The notes below the pieces were generated by a model. That model did not search any database, was not told where the DNA came from, and was given only the letters and a program-made list of their open reading frames with translations. Below are positions 13,320 through 26,440 of a stretch of DNA of 64,000 nt, piece by piece. The translations under genes were made by a program, and so were the position numbers. The DNA lies in contig NC_092679.1 in assembly GCF_964355755.1 (NCBI RefSeq), positions 15,979,432-16,043,431 of the forward strand, in the 5' to 3' direction. The stretch comes from Antedon mediterranea (lineage: Eukaryota; Animalia; Echinodermata). Positions within the stretch are counted from its first letter, which is position 1, and each line of letters opens with the position of its first letter.

Positions 13320-14614
13320 GTAAGTATTATCTTCCCCAGGCATATAAAAATGATTTGGCTAATTCTGTTTTTTTCCAACATTCCACGTCTTGTAGAGATG
13401 TTCCCATTAATTAATCAAAATCATGCAAATGACCTAAAGCTAATTTAAGTTTTTTGGTCTAAATTAGTACATATATCTCTCCAATAATGTTAGTTCAACC
13501 AATATTGAGTGCAATTTTGAATGTTATTGTTTAAATATAGGCGACGCTGTTGGAATTTAATTGAGGTTGTGCACATTAATTGTCTTGAGTTTATTTATCT
13601 ACCGAATTAATCCCTGCTTAGACAAATATTTTACCTTAATAATATCGACTAAATTCTTTGAATGTAAATGAAATAAAATGAATAAATTTGTGGCACATAA
13701 AATACTTTTTTCATTGCTCTGAGAAGAAGTGTCAAGGGAAGATCAAAGCCTATTTTATACTGACACACAGTCAAGATGTAGTTATATTCTAAGCTATTTT
13801 GATTAAGTTTTAACAAAACACAACAAATTATATATTAAATGATTAATTAATCTAGCATCAGTCATAATGCATCAAGTGAAGATCAAAGCATTTTTTTTAC
13901 AGCAACACAAAGATAATATTATGATGTTATTATACCCAAAGCTGTTTTTGTTAACCTAGGATCTTTTCATTTACAGTGTGATTTAGTTTGATCATAACAG
14001 TTATTGACCCTTTATAGAATAATTTTCCCAACATAATAACATTTTTGACAATGAAACACTGTTAGATATTTTTATTAATATCTGCTACATTTTATCTTTA
14101 AATAACATGGGGAGGAATAACGTGTGTCTTTCAACTGTGGTGAATTGCACACAACAACTTTTATCTGTGTTAAGCTCTAACTAGTTTGACAAAAAAAATG
14201 TGATGTGCCCAAATATGTTGTGATATGACATATCCTACTTTTTATCTTTGTAACATGGGGAGGAATAACCTGTGTCTTTCAACTGTGGTGAATTGCACAC
14301 AACAACTTTTATCTGTGTTAAGCTCAACTAGTTTGACAACAAAAATGTGATGTCCATATAAGGGCACATTTTTTTCTCATAATGTTTGATAGTGTAGACA
14401 GAGCTTTAAAGGTCCCTTCTTATCAATTACTACCATTTGGATGTAACCCCTGCTTGATTCCGATGCACTGGTTTGGTTCACACAAGCTAGATCTGTACCT
14501 GTACCGCTTGGCCATTCAACATTTTGATAAATCAAGATTTGTTTCAGAGTTATCAATCAATCAATTCTTTATAACAACCATCTTCTTTTTATTTAAATAT
14601 CTTCTTATTAACAG

Positions 14615-14774
14615 TTTAAAATAATTGGACAATTCACTAATGATTCCGGTTGTTATATAACCAGTGGTCTTACGATCCGTCACATTCCATCCGGAGAGCA
14701 GCGTACCATATGGCATTTACAATACACCGATTGGCCTAACCAAGGCTGTCCAACAGATGTTTATGGCTTTCTCA
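14615..14774 (+). CDS. PTPN14: PTPN14-like PTP domain exon 4 (WPD-loop exon, reads WPNQG)
   Basis: aacag/CTCA|gtaagt, phase 0-1; FKIIGQF...[17 protein letters not shown]. Confidence 0.93.
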
Positions 14775-14939
14775 GTAAGTGGTAGTTTGTTTATTTTAAA
14801 TATGCAGTTTTATTTTAAATTTAAATGAGAAATGTAATAAACTTTTAATTAAAAAATGTAATATTCAATTCAATTAGAAAAAACAAATAAAATAAATTTT
14901 GACCTGAACTTTACGTGAATCTAAGCCTACTCCAAGTTA

Positions 14940-15047
14940 TAATCCAACTCTAGGGTAAATTCCTACTTTAGCGTATAATCCCACTCTATGGTACAATCCA
15001 ACTCTATTGAATAATCCCACTCTATGGAATAATCCCACTCTAGGGTA
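14940..15047. repeat. 18-bp minisatellite (taatcccactctatggaa)n
   Basis: ~6 degenerate copies. Confidence 0.8.
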
Positions 15048-15139
15048 TTGGCTGATACTAAAAAATCATACTAATTTATAAGAATTCCATTGAAGACAAA
15101 ATTGTATTAATTCACATTATTTTAATTGTATGTAAATAG

Positions 15140-15297
15140 GTTTTATTGAAGAATTTCAATCTGTTTGTCGCCATGCCAACAGTCTTCATGAGAAGGCAAT
15201 TTTATCACCTGTATTAGTACACTGCGTTGCAGGTGTTGGCAGGACAGGTGTTCTTATACTTACAGATGCAATGATTAACAGTCTAGAACATAATGAG
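15140..15297 (+). CDS. PTPN14: PTPN14-like PTP domain exon 5 (signature motif)
   Basis: atag/GAG|gttggt, phase 1-0; [14 protein letters not shown]. Confidence 0.95.
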
Positions 15298-15620
15298 GTT
15301 GGTACTCATTTGCATATATTATTCTTATTGGCTGATTGGGAGTTTATTTGTTACATTATAATATACCTATCTCAATGTTATAGGCCTTTGTATTATTTTA
15401 GTTTATTGCCGAGTATCATTCGGTTTTATTTACACCGACAATAACATTTTCTTGAATCTTGAGATTGATGCTCATTTGCATATATTGTTCTCATTGGCTG
15501 ATTGAAAGTTTATTAATTATAAATAGTAATGTACTTATCTCAATGAGATTGGTACTTATTTTATAATATATAATTTGCATTGACTTTTTAATTTACTTTT
15601 TTTTTTAAATTTTATTATAG

Positions 15621-15749
15621 GAAATCAACATTGCCAAGATGCTAAATCTGATTCGTCAACAAAGAATGTATACAATACAAACAGTCGGCCAGTACCAGTT
15701 TGTTTACAGAACACTTATACAGTCACTCAAGAACACAAGACTTATATAG
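15621..15749 (+). CDS. PTPN14: PTPN14-like last coding exon
   Basis: ttatag acceptor; IRQQRMYTIQTVGQYQFVYRTLIQSLKNTRLI* (Q-loop and a PTPN14/21-type -SRLI-like C-terminus). Confidence 0.95.
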   Translation, partial: EINIAKMLNLIRQQRMYTIQTVGQYQFVYRTLIQSLKNTRLI

Positions 15750-16400
15750 TTTTGCTACAAAAAGTTACTACTGTACTAAAAAGTTATATAAGTAGTGCTA
15801 CAACACATTATTTATGTAAGGTAGCATTCCTAAGAACACATAACTTATATAGTTTTGCTAAACACACTTACTACTGTACTAAAAAGTTATATAAGTAGTG
15901 CTACAACACATTAGTTATGTAAGTTACCATTTCTAAAAACACATGACTTATAGAGTATTTTACACAATTTATATAAGTCAACAAAGAATGTATACAATAC
16001 AAACAGTCAGCCAGTACCATTTTGTTTACAGAACACTTATACAGTCACTCAAGAACACAAGACTTATATACTTTTGCTACAAAAAGTTACTACTGCACTA
16101 AAAAGTTATATAAGTATCACTATAGCACATTATTTATGTAAGTTACCATTTCTAAAAACACATGACTTATAGAGTATTTTACACAATTTATATAAGTTAC
16201 TACTATATAATTTATGACTTATATAGTATCGCTGCACTATACAATTTATTTAAGTTTGTCTTAAGAGCATATGACTTCATATAAGTATCGCTACAGCACA
16301 TTATTTATGTAAGGTAGCATTGCTAAGAAAATATGACTTGTATAGTATAAGTTACTACCAAATTTTTAAGTATTGATACAGTACACTATTTATGTTAGTT
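15655..16400 (+). repeat. Complex tandem duplications of the last exon and proximal 3'UTR
   Basis: 15977-~16140 repeats 15655-~15820; shorter ~105-bp units are also repeated. Confidence 0.9.
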
Positions 16401-19371
16401 ACCATTCATGAAACCTTTTATTTAGTATTTATGCAGTACAAAATTTATATGAATTAGTAATAAGTACTTTGCCCTATAGTTAGGATCATTTAAGTACATA
16501 ATTTATATAAGATACTACCAAAACTTGGCTTAAAAATATTGCTACAGCACAATTTAGTGTTGCTAAAAAGAGCTTATATAATATCACAGAACTATATAGA
16601 TCTCTACAACTGTTTTATATATATGGTCTTTGAATCATGGGTTGTTGAAAATTTCAATTGTAAGCGTATATTATCAATGTAGTTTTAAATGTATATATGT
16701 GTATATTTTCTATATTGTTTTTCTTTATTGAATGAAATTAAGTATTATATTTAAATTTATTATATACTTATTATATATTCAATTGTTACACTTTGATTTA
16801 TATGTATATAATATTTTAACCTGTTTTTTAGTTAGATTTATTATAAGTATTATAATTAAATTACAAATAGATTAATGTATTAAAATTGAATATAATCATA
16901 GTTATTCCACCACCAAATTGATATTATTTTAGTTTAACCATTATTTTTGCATATAATAATTTTACTGATATATTTTGTGGAGTTGAAGATTGCTGAATAA
17001 CTATTTTTAATAGACCATTTTGAATTATTCATTTGAACCATTTTTTCATTTAAATAATATTTTCCATAAAACCTAGATATTAGTTATCACTTTTTCACCT
17101 TTGTAGATATAGGTTATGTAATGTTTTTATATCAAACTAAATTAATATTTAACACCTTTTCCATAGCCTGACTAGTTGGATCGAAAAATTCATAATTTTA
17201 CAAATTTGGTAGAATTTTAATAGTTTATAAAGCATATTTAAACACGTTTTATTGGTAAATATTCATCATTCATAGGCCGTAAAAGTTTGTTAACGGGTCA
17301 ACAAAGCCCCATTTAGTACTAGACAAGTAAAATTCAATTTGAGTCCCATGGGCTTATGAATGATTACCACAACAGTTCTCTCCATTCAGGCTTGTAACAG
17401 AAAGTAACCACACAAGATATGCCTTGATGATATTTTATAAGTATGTGGGTTTACAGTAATTGTAAGATAATTGGTGTATTCCATTGGGGACTGTTAAATT
17501 GAGTATTGTTTTTCCCTTCAGTATGTAATTAACAGAGTTTTTTAAATTCACAAAACACTCAATGCCTTAATTTTCTTTTGAGCACTAAGTTGTACCAATT
17601 AAATATACCAAATTAGACAAAATTAAAAGTCAGTTTAGCCCTGCTAGAAAATTTATATTTTCCAATGTGTTAAGTTAGAAATTATATAAGATGGTGTATT
17701 TTCTTTGATGTAGATGTATTGAATATGTATGATGCATAACGTAAACATGGACCCAACTACAAATGAGCTAATAACAATGGTTTCATAATAGATAGCTCTA
17801 AGGGTAATGCTATGTTATGATATGGCATGTTCCTGGTTCAATGACCTTAAATAACATTTTGTTTGTGCTGTGTCAAAGCTATGTGTACACGAACTAGAGT
17901 TAACACAGGTTTCATGGTTAAGCTGATCCAAATCATATCTGAGTTACATCTGCCGGTAAATGGTCATGTTAACTGTTACATGTATTATACAGTAACTGTA
18001 TGTCGTTAACACCAATATAACTCCAATGTAACTCCGATAGGTTTCAGTAAATCCGCAGAACAAAGCTAAACCAAAGTGTAATTCTGATAGACCGCAATTT
18101 AAACATAGCTTATGAGGAGTTAAGTTTATGCAAGGTTTACTCAATCAACTTGTCATGCATATTCACATTTCTGTCTTAACAAGTTGGGAAAAAAACACAC
18201 CTTGTTTAGTTGTGTAAGTAAAACTAAAACAATCGTTTTACGTATGTTTATTATGAATATTACAATAACAATATTTTTATACATTTTTAATAAGATGTTA
18301 AGGCGCTATTCTATTCCAATTTCATATATATTTATAAATCAATTTGTTACCTTGTTCTTGTGAATGTCAGTTCCAGATGTACAAACATTCATAATTCTAA
18401 ATGATATTTTTATATAAGTCTTGATAATACAGAGTACAGTAGTTATTGGTATTTTAAAACCTTGTATATGAGAACGATTTCATCCATCTGAAACCTTGTT
18501 TATTTATTTTATATTTTAATGGTTAAAAAAAGGATTTTGAAGAATTTTAGAATGTATGTATACAAAGTAAATATCCATTTACATTATAAAGAAAGCATAT
18601 TATTTGAACAATATAATACTATTGAAGATGTTAAAATAACTATATGTAGAGAGTCATGCATTCTCTATAGAAGAACTCCCAACACACTTAAAACGATGAC
18701 ACCATAATTGTTTACAATCTGTTGGTTTAAGTGATTGTCTTGTAGCCGTTTCACATGGCCTAGCAAAACTTTGAGTTAACACACCAGATTGTCCACACAG
18801 GAGTTTTGTCTAGGCGAGGTGAAAGGTATTGTAGGTGTTATAATTATAAGCGAAAAATGTGGGTGTATAAACTAATGTCAGATTTTTTAGTTAACACACA
18901 CCAACATAAACAAGTTATATTACAAATTATGTCAGATTAGGGAAAAACATCTGACCAGAGTTATATGGTTAACAGAAATAGCAAAGATTTGAATAGAGGT
19001 ATCATTCATTGTGTTGTAATACTGTTGTTTTTTTAATAGCATTATTGCATATATTTTTTAGATTTACATATTTAAGAGATTGCCACTATTAAGACAAGTG
19101 CAATATTATTGGCTTATGTTTTATATACTAACAATGGTTGCTATGTGTACAGTTTCAAATAATGCATGGTTGCTATGTGTACGGTTTCAAATAATGCTTG
19201 ATAATTATATAAATAATAATTAAAAATTTTAGGATTTCTAAATTGATAAGAGCCTGTTAATATAACTATGTACTGTGTTGTTTTTATCACAAACATTGAT
19301 ATAAAAGTATTTTATAGCTGTGTGGGATATAGGGACCAGGTTTTAGAATATCAAACAAAAGTAATGTATTA

Positions 19372-19410
19372 AATAAATATGAATCATAAATGTGTCTTTT
19401 TTTTTATTCA
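19372..19410 (+). terminator. Candidate polyadenylation signal of the PTPN14-like gene (~3.6 kb 3'UTR)
   Basis: AATAAA at 19372 followed by a TGTGTC + T-rich downstream element; AT-rich context makes chance matches likely. Confidence 0.35.
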
Positions 19411-22400
19411 CTTATAATGTTATAAATAATGCATACATGCCACCACTCCCCGGGAGATTCCCATATTTTTTACTTGTCTCCCGACCTAACATTGTGTTCC
19501 CTGTTTTTCGACATTTTCTCCCGGATTACAAAGATAACTGAATTGTTATGTATATGTATTGTTTTCTGCATTAAAATTTAACAAAAAGGCTTACACACAA
19601 GCAAATTACGATATTTAAGTCGTCGTACAACCATCTGAAGGTATGTTTGAATTTTTACTGTGCTGAAAGATTGTTAGACCTTTCCAACTTTTAATTTATA
19701 AAGTTTACAGTACTACTATAAAATAAACTTTTTCGTGGAAGTTTTTGTTTAAAACTATAGATATAGGTTCCAGAAAGTATAATTAGACTTTCTTGTGTTT
19801 CCTTAGATGTAAATTTTCTGCAAAATTGTAAAATGTTTAAAGTTTATCCAAAATAAATATTTTTTTTTATTTCTCTTGGTTGATGATAAAATAACACAGC
19901 TGGGAGAATAGGAAGTACATTAAACAATTTAGGCCCAGGATGTAGTAATATTTGTTGAGGTAAGGTGTTTATAATTTGGAATTTCTGTAAGATATAAAAT
20001 TTTACGTTTGTAAATAAGAAAGATTATTATTAGTCATATAAATTTATAAATATGGTATTAATTATGATGTCATTTTAAATAAATTGTCATAATAATAAAC
20101 ATTATTTTTTGGTTTTCAGAATGTCTTGATCAAAATTTGTTTACTCTGTGACGAATCTCTTAAGCTCTGTCTACACTATCAAACTGCTTTAACAAAAAAA
20201 CGTGTGATGTGCCAAAATATGGTAGTATGACATCATCATCTCCATATATAAGCACATCACATTTTTTGTCACATAAAGTTAGTGTAGACAGAGGTCCCAG
20301 TAAAAAAATACTGTAATGCTTGTTATTCAAAATCAAAAGCGGTGTTTAAAAGGGAAGTATGTCATTCCTGAATCGTGCCCGTGGGAAATTTTTACTTAAG
20401 TTATAATAATGTATGAAACATAAAGTATTCCATCCGTAACCCCATCCTCTCTAGAGGAGGTGCAAGATCGCCACCTGTAAGGCTGCAATTTATTTTCCAT
20501 TATTTTTTAGGAAGAAAATGACTTAAAAATACAGAATGAAATCCCTGTCCATTTCGAAATATTTAAGTAATTTTTTGGTAAATGTGAATTTTAGTTTAGG
20601 AAAGGAATATTGAAAAAAAAACATCAATTCATTTATTTAAAAAATTAAATTAGGGTTAAAGCACACAATGGTGTTTGAATATACATATTTATGCACTCAT
20701 TTTTTTTCCCTAAATAATGATAATATTATGGTAATGATAATTTTGTTTTGACAAGATTTTTTCATTTCAAATACCTTTTCCTCGAAAATCAACTATTGTG
20801 AACTTGTGATGATTGAATCTAAAATCCTACAGAATAATTAAATGAAACGGCTTGATAATCTAAGACTTTAATTCCCATCCACTTTATTCCGTTTAACTAA
20901 ACATCCAGAATTTGTTATAATCTTCTTTACATAAAAACAATTTTCTATTATAATTGAAATTCGAAAGTGTTGTATATAATAATAAATTAAGTGATTTAAC
21001 TGTTAACATTCGACTTGGTAAAAGCATTTTCTACCTCTGGCGTTCTTGTTTACGTCGCAAAGGGTTACCGAAGAGTATTTATATTGATCAGAATTGAGTT
21101 GTACGAGCAATTAAGTGTAAACTAAATTAAATATCTAGCAATTCCTTTTTTGTAGGGATAAACAGTCGCAAACAGAATAGCTTGAAATTTATCTTTTGTA
21201 TATTCGCAATGCAGCTTTTAAATTTTGCTTTGCTGTTTTATTTCCCTTCTGTGATTTCCAATGTATTGTTCATTTGTAAGTCTTGAATAAAAGAGAGAAT
21301 TTTAATCTTTACTGTACCTATTTAACAAATATCTATCAAATGATTGGTTTTTTAGGAATCTGAACCTTTAGGTCCCCGAAAATGGCGGCTTATGCACCAA
21401 CCATCAAGAAAAATGTAGTGCAAACCGGGATTTCCCCTTTATAACACACAGGGCACATGTCACATACATTGCAATATATAAATTACTTGCATAAATGCAT
21501 TTGTACGTTTAAAAACATTTTCAACAAGATTAAAGATTACTAATCAATAGAAACATTAAGAAAATATTAAATAATAAAATTAAAATAAAACAATTAGATA
21601 ATAGTTTAGTTATAATACTAACATGATTATACAGGTATACATTGTATAAGTTAATTTTATTCTCCATTAAAATTATGTACAGGGTTTATTTGTTTGCTGC
21701 CCTCTATCTAGTGGAAACTACACAGTGGAGTTGTCAATCAATGGGTTGATTCACAGGAGTTGCAAGTGGAACCACAAAGTTGTGTCACACTCCCAGTAAG
21801 AATATGACTATCCGGTTTCAACCACATGTGTTACGACGCACATCTCATAAGCCTTTATTTGTGAAGAAATCCAAGACATGTTTCGACTGTGAACATAGTA
21901 ATGATTATCTGTGCAGTTAGCGGTATCACAAGGGACCTGTGCAGGTAAGTCAATAAGATTAGGCCTAAATGCTTATTGTTCTCCACCAATCAAAACTGTT
22001 TATACTGTATCTGATTTATAAATATTCAGTTTATAATCAGCCTCTTCTGGATTATTACTGTAAGACAAATAAATTGTTATGGTGAATGGAATAATTTAAC
22101 TAATCTGAATTCCGAGTAGTTTGTTATCTAATTAAATATTCATTGACTTGAGTATCGACCAATGGAAATATTCAACCAATCAGTTAAAACAACATGAATT
22201 TTTATAATTAACCAGCCTAAGAAATATTTGACCAATCAGAAAGCATTGTTATGAATATCTAGCATAAGGTGGTAATGAGAATGTAACTCCACCAATCATA
22301 GTGTAATGATATAACTATGAATATTCATGAGCACAAGCAGGCAATTGTACTATTCAACCAATCACAGATGTAATGAAAGTACAATGAATATTCATAAGTA

Positions 22401-23903
22401 CAGGCAGGCAAAACAATATTGAACCAATTAGATTACAGGATTGGTAACTACTTTTGTTAATGTCTCAGGAGTGGCTTCATATTGGTCAATGATTTGAATA
22501 GTGATCTAATAACAACACTTGTAAAGCATGTGTAGTGAAGAGATCTGGCTACACTTGTCAGCAATGTACAGCTATCTAATGATTTAGATTTCTTGCATAA
22601 AACAGATCTCAAGACTCTTTGCGTATTATACCATGTACAAAACGCGCACTATTACTGTCTCTTGACTTGAACATTATTTCAACGATAAATTTGTATGGGA
22701 AATTGTATATTTTGCAGTGACTTCTGCTGATGCAAATATATTTTGCTCTATCTACAGTATATAGAGTGGGAATTGTTACTTGGAACTCAATTTTATCTTC
22801 TAAAACTGGATAGTTTTTATGGTAAGCTAATTACATTTCTTGTTTCTAATTCTGTTTCTTCATTACTCTTAAAATACTGTTGAATCCATTCTTTTGGATA
22901 CTGTTATTTATATTGTGAAATGAAAGTGTCCTTTTATGGATTCTGTTGTATATTATTATGAATGCATTACAGTGCATTACTCTGTATCTTCAAAGATATT
23001 TTTGAGAATGTTAATGTCTTTTATGTAAAAAATAAATGTTTTGCTTGAGTAGCGTTTGTCTTAAATTTTTTAAACCCACAACTCTAATGTGTGCATGCAT
23101 CATAAAAATGGCGCATCACTCAAAATAAGTATAATGATCAAATTAATGAAATATAAACATACAAAATATAACTATTTTGGTTAATGGTCATGTTGTTGGA
23201 TCTAAACAAAATTCTTTAAAAATATATATTTTATTTATTGTTATCTATCTTGAGAATCACCAATGTACTACAGTCTTTTAAGCATTGAGATGCATATTAA
23301 AGATAATTGCTCTGTTAATAAAATTTTACCAAATAAGCACTTATAAATTAAAATAAAACGCTGTTTTCAGCCATATTGAAGACACATATAGCTCAATATT
23401 TTAATAAGCTTCTCTGATGTTACCATTATATCGATTTTTCCTGAAAATCAATAGACATGGTCTGTTGATATATATAGCAAGGAGTTATTCTTGATTATAA
23501 CTGATTTTTAAAGTTCACATAGATAAATTGTGGACATTTTCATGCAGACAAACTTACATTTATACAAAGCTATTTATATACAGCAAATGCTAGTTTATAC
23601 TGTATAATGATATATTGTGGTACAACACCATTACCAAAAAATAAACATTATAACTAGCTCTGTACTGAAATCTACAAAATAATATTTTTATGAGCACTGT
23701 TACGCATGTCCTACCGTTTATGGCAATATTATAAAAAGGTAACAGATAAGATAAGATTGTGAAGAAGACCCAACAACCCTTATAAAGTTTATTTATGACA
23801 TGCCTTTATCCTATCGCTATATTTACTATAGATAATTTTGGATTACATTGTTTATATTTCATAATGTTTGAAATTATACCATACAGAATGTCTTAGATTT
23901 TAC

Positions 23904-23929
23904 CATAGAGATATTATATTATCTCTATG
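23904..23929. mobile_element. 26-bp TIR-TIR remnant with 7-bp TSD (P-like footprint)
   Basis: ATTTTAC-CATAGAGATA ttatat TATCTCTATG-ATTTTAC. Confidence 0.6.
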
Positions 23930-23951
23930 ATTTTACAGAGAAAATGTGTTA

Positions 23952-24109
23952 AGCTCTGTCTACACTATCAAACTAGTTTGACAAAAAAAGTGTGATGTGC
24001 CAAAATATGGTAGTGATATGTCCAAATATGGTAGTGATATGATATCAGGTCCATATATGGGCACATCACATTTTTTTTTCGCAAAAAGTTTGATACTGTA
24101 GACAGAGCT
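23952..24109. mobile_element. Harbinger/Tourist-like MITE family A, complete copy
   Basis: TIR AGCTCTGTCTACACTATCAAACT, TTA TSD on both sides. Confidence 0.85.
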
Positions 24110-24428
24110 TTAGGTGACCATGTCAAAATTATTCTACTGCAGTTACAGCAGTAATCCCATTTTGTTTACTTTCTCTTACACCTGTTTATGTAATTAGTTT
24201 TTGTTTTAGTTAGCTTTTATGGGCAATCGTACACACCATTTATTGCATTGATTGACTCATAAACTATGATATGTTCGTGTACACTTTAAAGAACCTAGTA
24301 CATCTTTTGAGACAAGTAGGGGGTTACCCTAGTGTGCTAGCTAACACACAGCCACTGTGGTGGACAGTTGTTGGCTGCTCTGACATGATGTGACGCTTAG
24401 GAGAGAAGCCTGTAGTTGAAAAGTGTAC

Positions 24429-24759
24429 AGCTCTGTCTACACTATTGTAACCCCAGAAGTTAAGGTAACGCTATAGAGGGCGTTCATAGAGAGAACCTCG
24501 TGGGTTGAAGAGGTGAGATACATCATGGCGATGTAAGGTTTATAATAACCCAATAGAGGATTACATTTAAAGAGCTGGATGTTGTGATTGTTTATTGATT
24601 ACTGTTACACTACCACTAATTACAATCAAAGGTTACACTATCAAACTTTATGTGACAAAAAAAATGTAATTAGCCCATATATGGACATCATCATATCACT
24701 ACCATATTTAGGCACATCGCACTTTTTTGTCAAACTAGTTTGATAGTGTAGACAGAGCT
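24429..24759. mobile_element. MITE family A copy interrupted by the solo LTR
   Basis: Both TIRs present; internal sequence matches 23952-24109 in reverse. Confidence 0.8.
24446..24637 (-). mobile_element. Solo LTR (192 bp) nested in a MITE
   Basis: TGTAACC...GGTTACA ends, CTAT 4-bp TSD, interrupts the MITE TIR ctacactat|caaact; TATA-like and AATAAA on the minus strand. Confidence 0.8.
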
Positions 24760-26440
24760 TAACATTTATACAAGAACTCATGCATTATGCAAGAACCTTT
24801 GAATGGTTTATTATCATGAAAAGGGTGCTATATAAATGTAGTTATTGCATTAAAAAAAATGTAGATACTGCAGTAACTGCAGTATAGAATAATATTATTT
24901 CCTATTGATGAACAATTGTAAATAGATTTTTTAAATATTTATCTTCCCGTTGACGTTCCGAACCCACAACTTCTTTAAAATAGAGAAGTGTTCTACGTCC
25001 CTTCTCTAGTAGTAGAGTAGCATAAAGTATTGACATTATCTTCATCTGTGTGAACAAAATCCAAAATATTATATATGTTATAGTTAAGTCATAGAGATAT
25101 TGTTCACTATATTCGCTAAGTCTGTTTTATCAACTGTTTCAGCTTACTGAAAAATATTTTATGAATGCTTTTTCAAAATACATGCAGTGTAATTAGAATA
25201 AAAGCAGTCAGGCTTGATGTTACTTCGATGACCAAAATAAAATCCAACTCCCATACAAAGTAAGTGAATTATATATAACGATAGTCTGTAATTGCCTATG
25301 ATGAGAATTACTGGTAAATTTGAACAGATTTTGAATAGACACTTAAAAATGAAGACTCATCTTATTGTTTTCTTTTCACTTTGTTGACATGGCAACAAAT
25401 GTATTATTATTTTACTCTAAAATAACATAAGGATATTTGTTAGCACTGAGAGATGTTAGGCTATTGTAACTGTTTTAATGTTACATATGATGGAAGACTG
25501 CTGTAGCATAACAACTGAAATGCCAACCTTATTTTACTTTCTTTAGTATAAACTATAAACAGGGTATACTGAAAACTATACTTACCATGTAGCAATAACC
25601 AAAAAATATTAACATTATTTTTTCATGGGTACAATTATATCTTTAACAATTGTTTTGATGTTTTTTTTTTATTTATGAAGCGTGAATTTTGAATTTTTTA
25701 AACAAATTGTGATATGTTAATGTCGCATATAGTTACTGTATTCATTTTGAACATAAATTGGAAAACATTTTTTTCTTGAAAAAAATGTAATTTAAGGCAA
25801 AAATGGGTTTAATCATTATTTATGGGTTTTCCTTTGGAAGTGAGTAACTTTATTAAAACTTCAACATGATCTACACAAATTCTGATTTTATTAATTATCA
25901 TTTTTCATGTTTTTCGGGGGACAATACATCTTTAACTAATTAGTTATGAAGGGGATGATGTTGCCTCAAGGCTGTTGATATTCTGCCTAGAAATATTCAA
26001 TAATTAAAATATAGAATAACAACAAATTCTACATTGTAAAATGAACATTGTAATGGAAAAAGGTTAAGTGATATTTTTTGATGGCAGAGTTTCTGTGTGA
26101 TTCATTCACTTTTAATAACAAGAACTGCAGTTTAAAATAGAAAACCTTGTAATATCCTGGCAGCTATATACATTTCTGTGAACTACTTTTACCATGAGGG
26201 ACAGAATCTTATATAAAATGCTACAGTTTTAGGTCATACTCAAAGCAATAATATTTTAAAGAAGATAAACAAGTTTTTTTTTTAAAGGAAATCTACATAA
26301 TTTATTCACGTATATTTAAATGTATGGTAAAATATAAATAAAAATATTAATGTTATTCGTCTGTTATTCATCTGTTATTTACATATTTTAAATCAGATCT
26401 TAGCATTATTTTTTTTCTAGATTTTAAAAATACAAATAGT

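Noticed and set aside
15977-16080. Alternative terminal exon
   Set aside because: Nearest AG is weak and gives the wrong phase relative to the phase-0 donor at 15297.
20468-20484. CTCF-like CGCCACCTG motif
   Set aside because: Partial match only; expected by chance.
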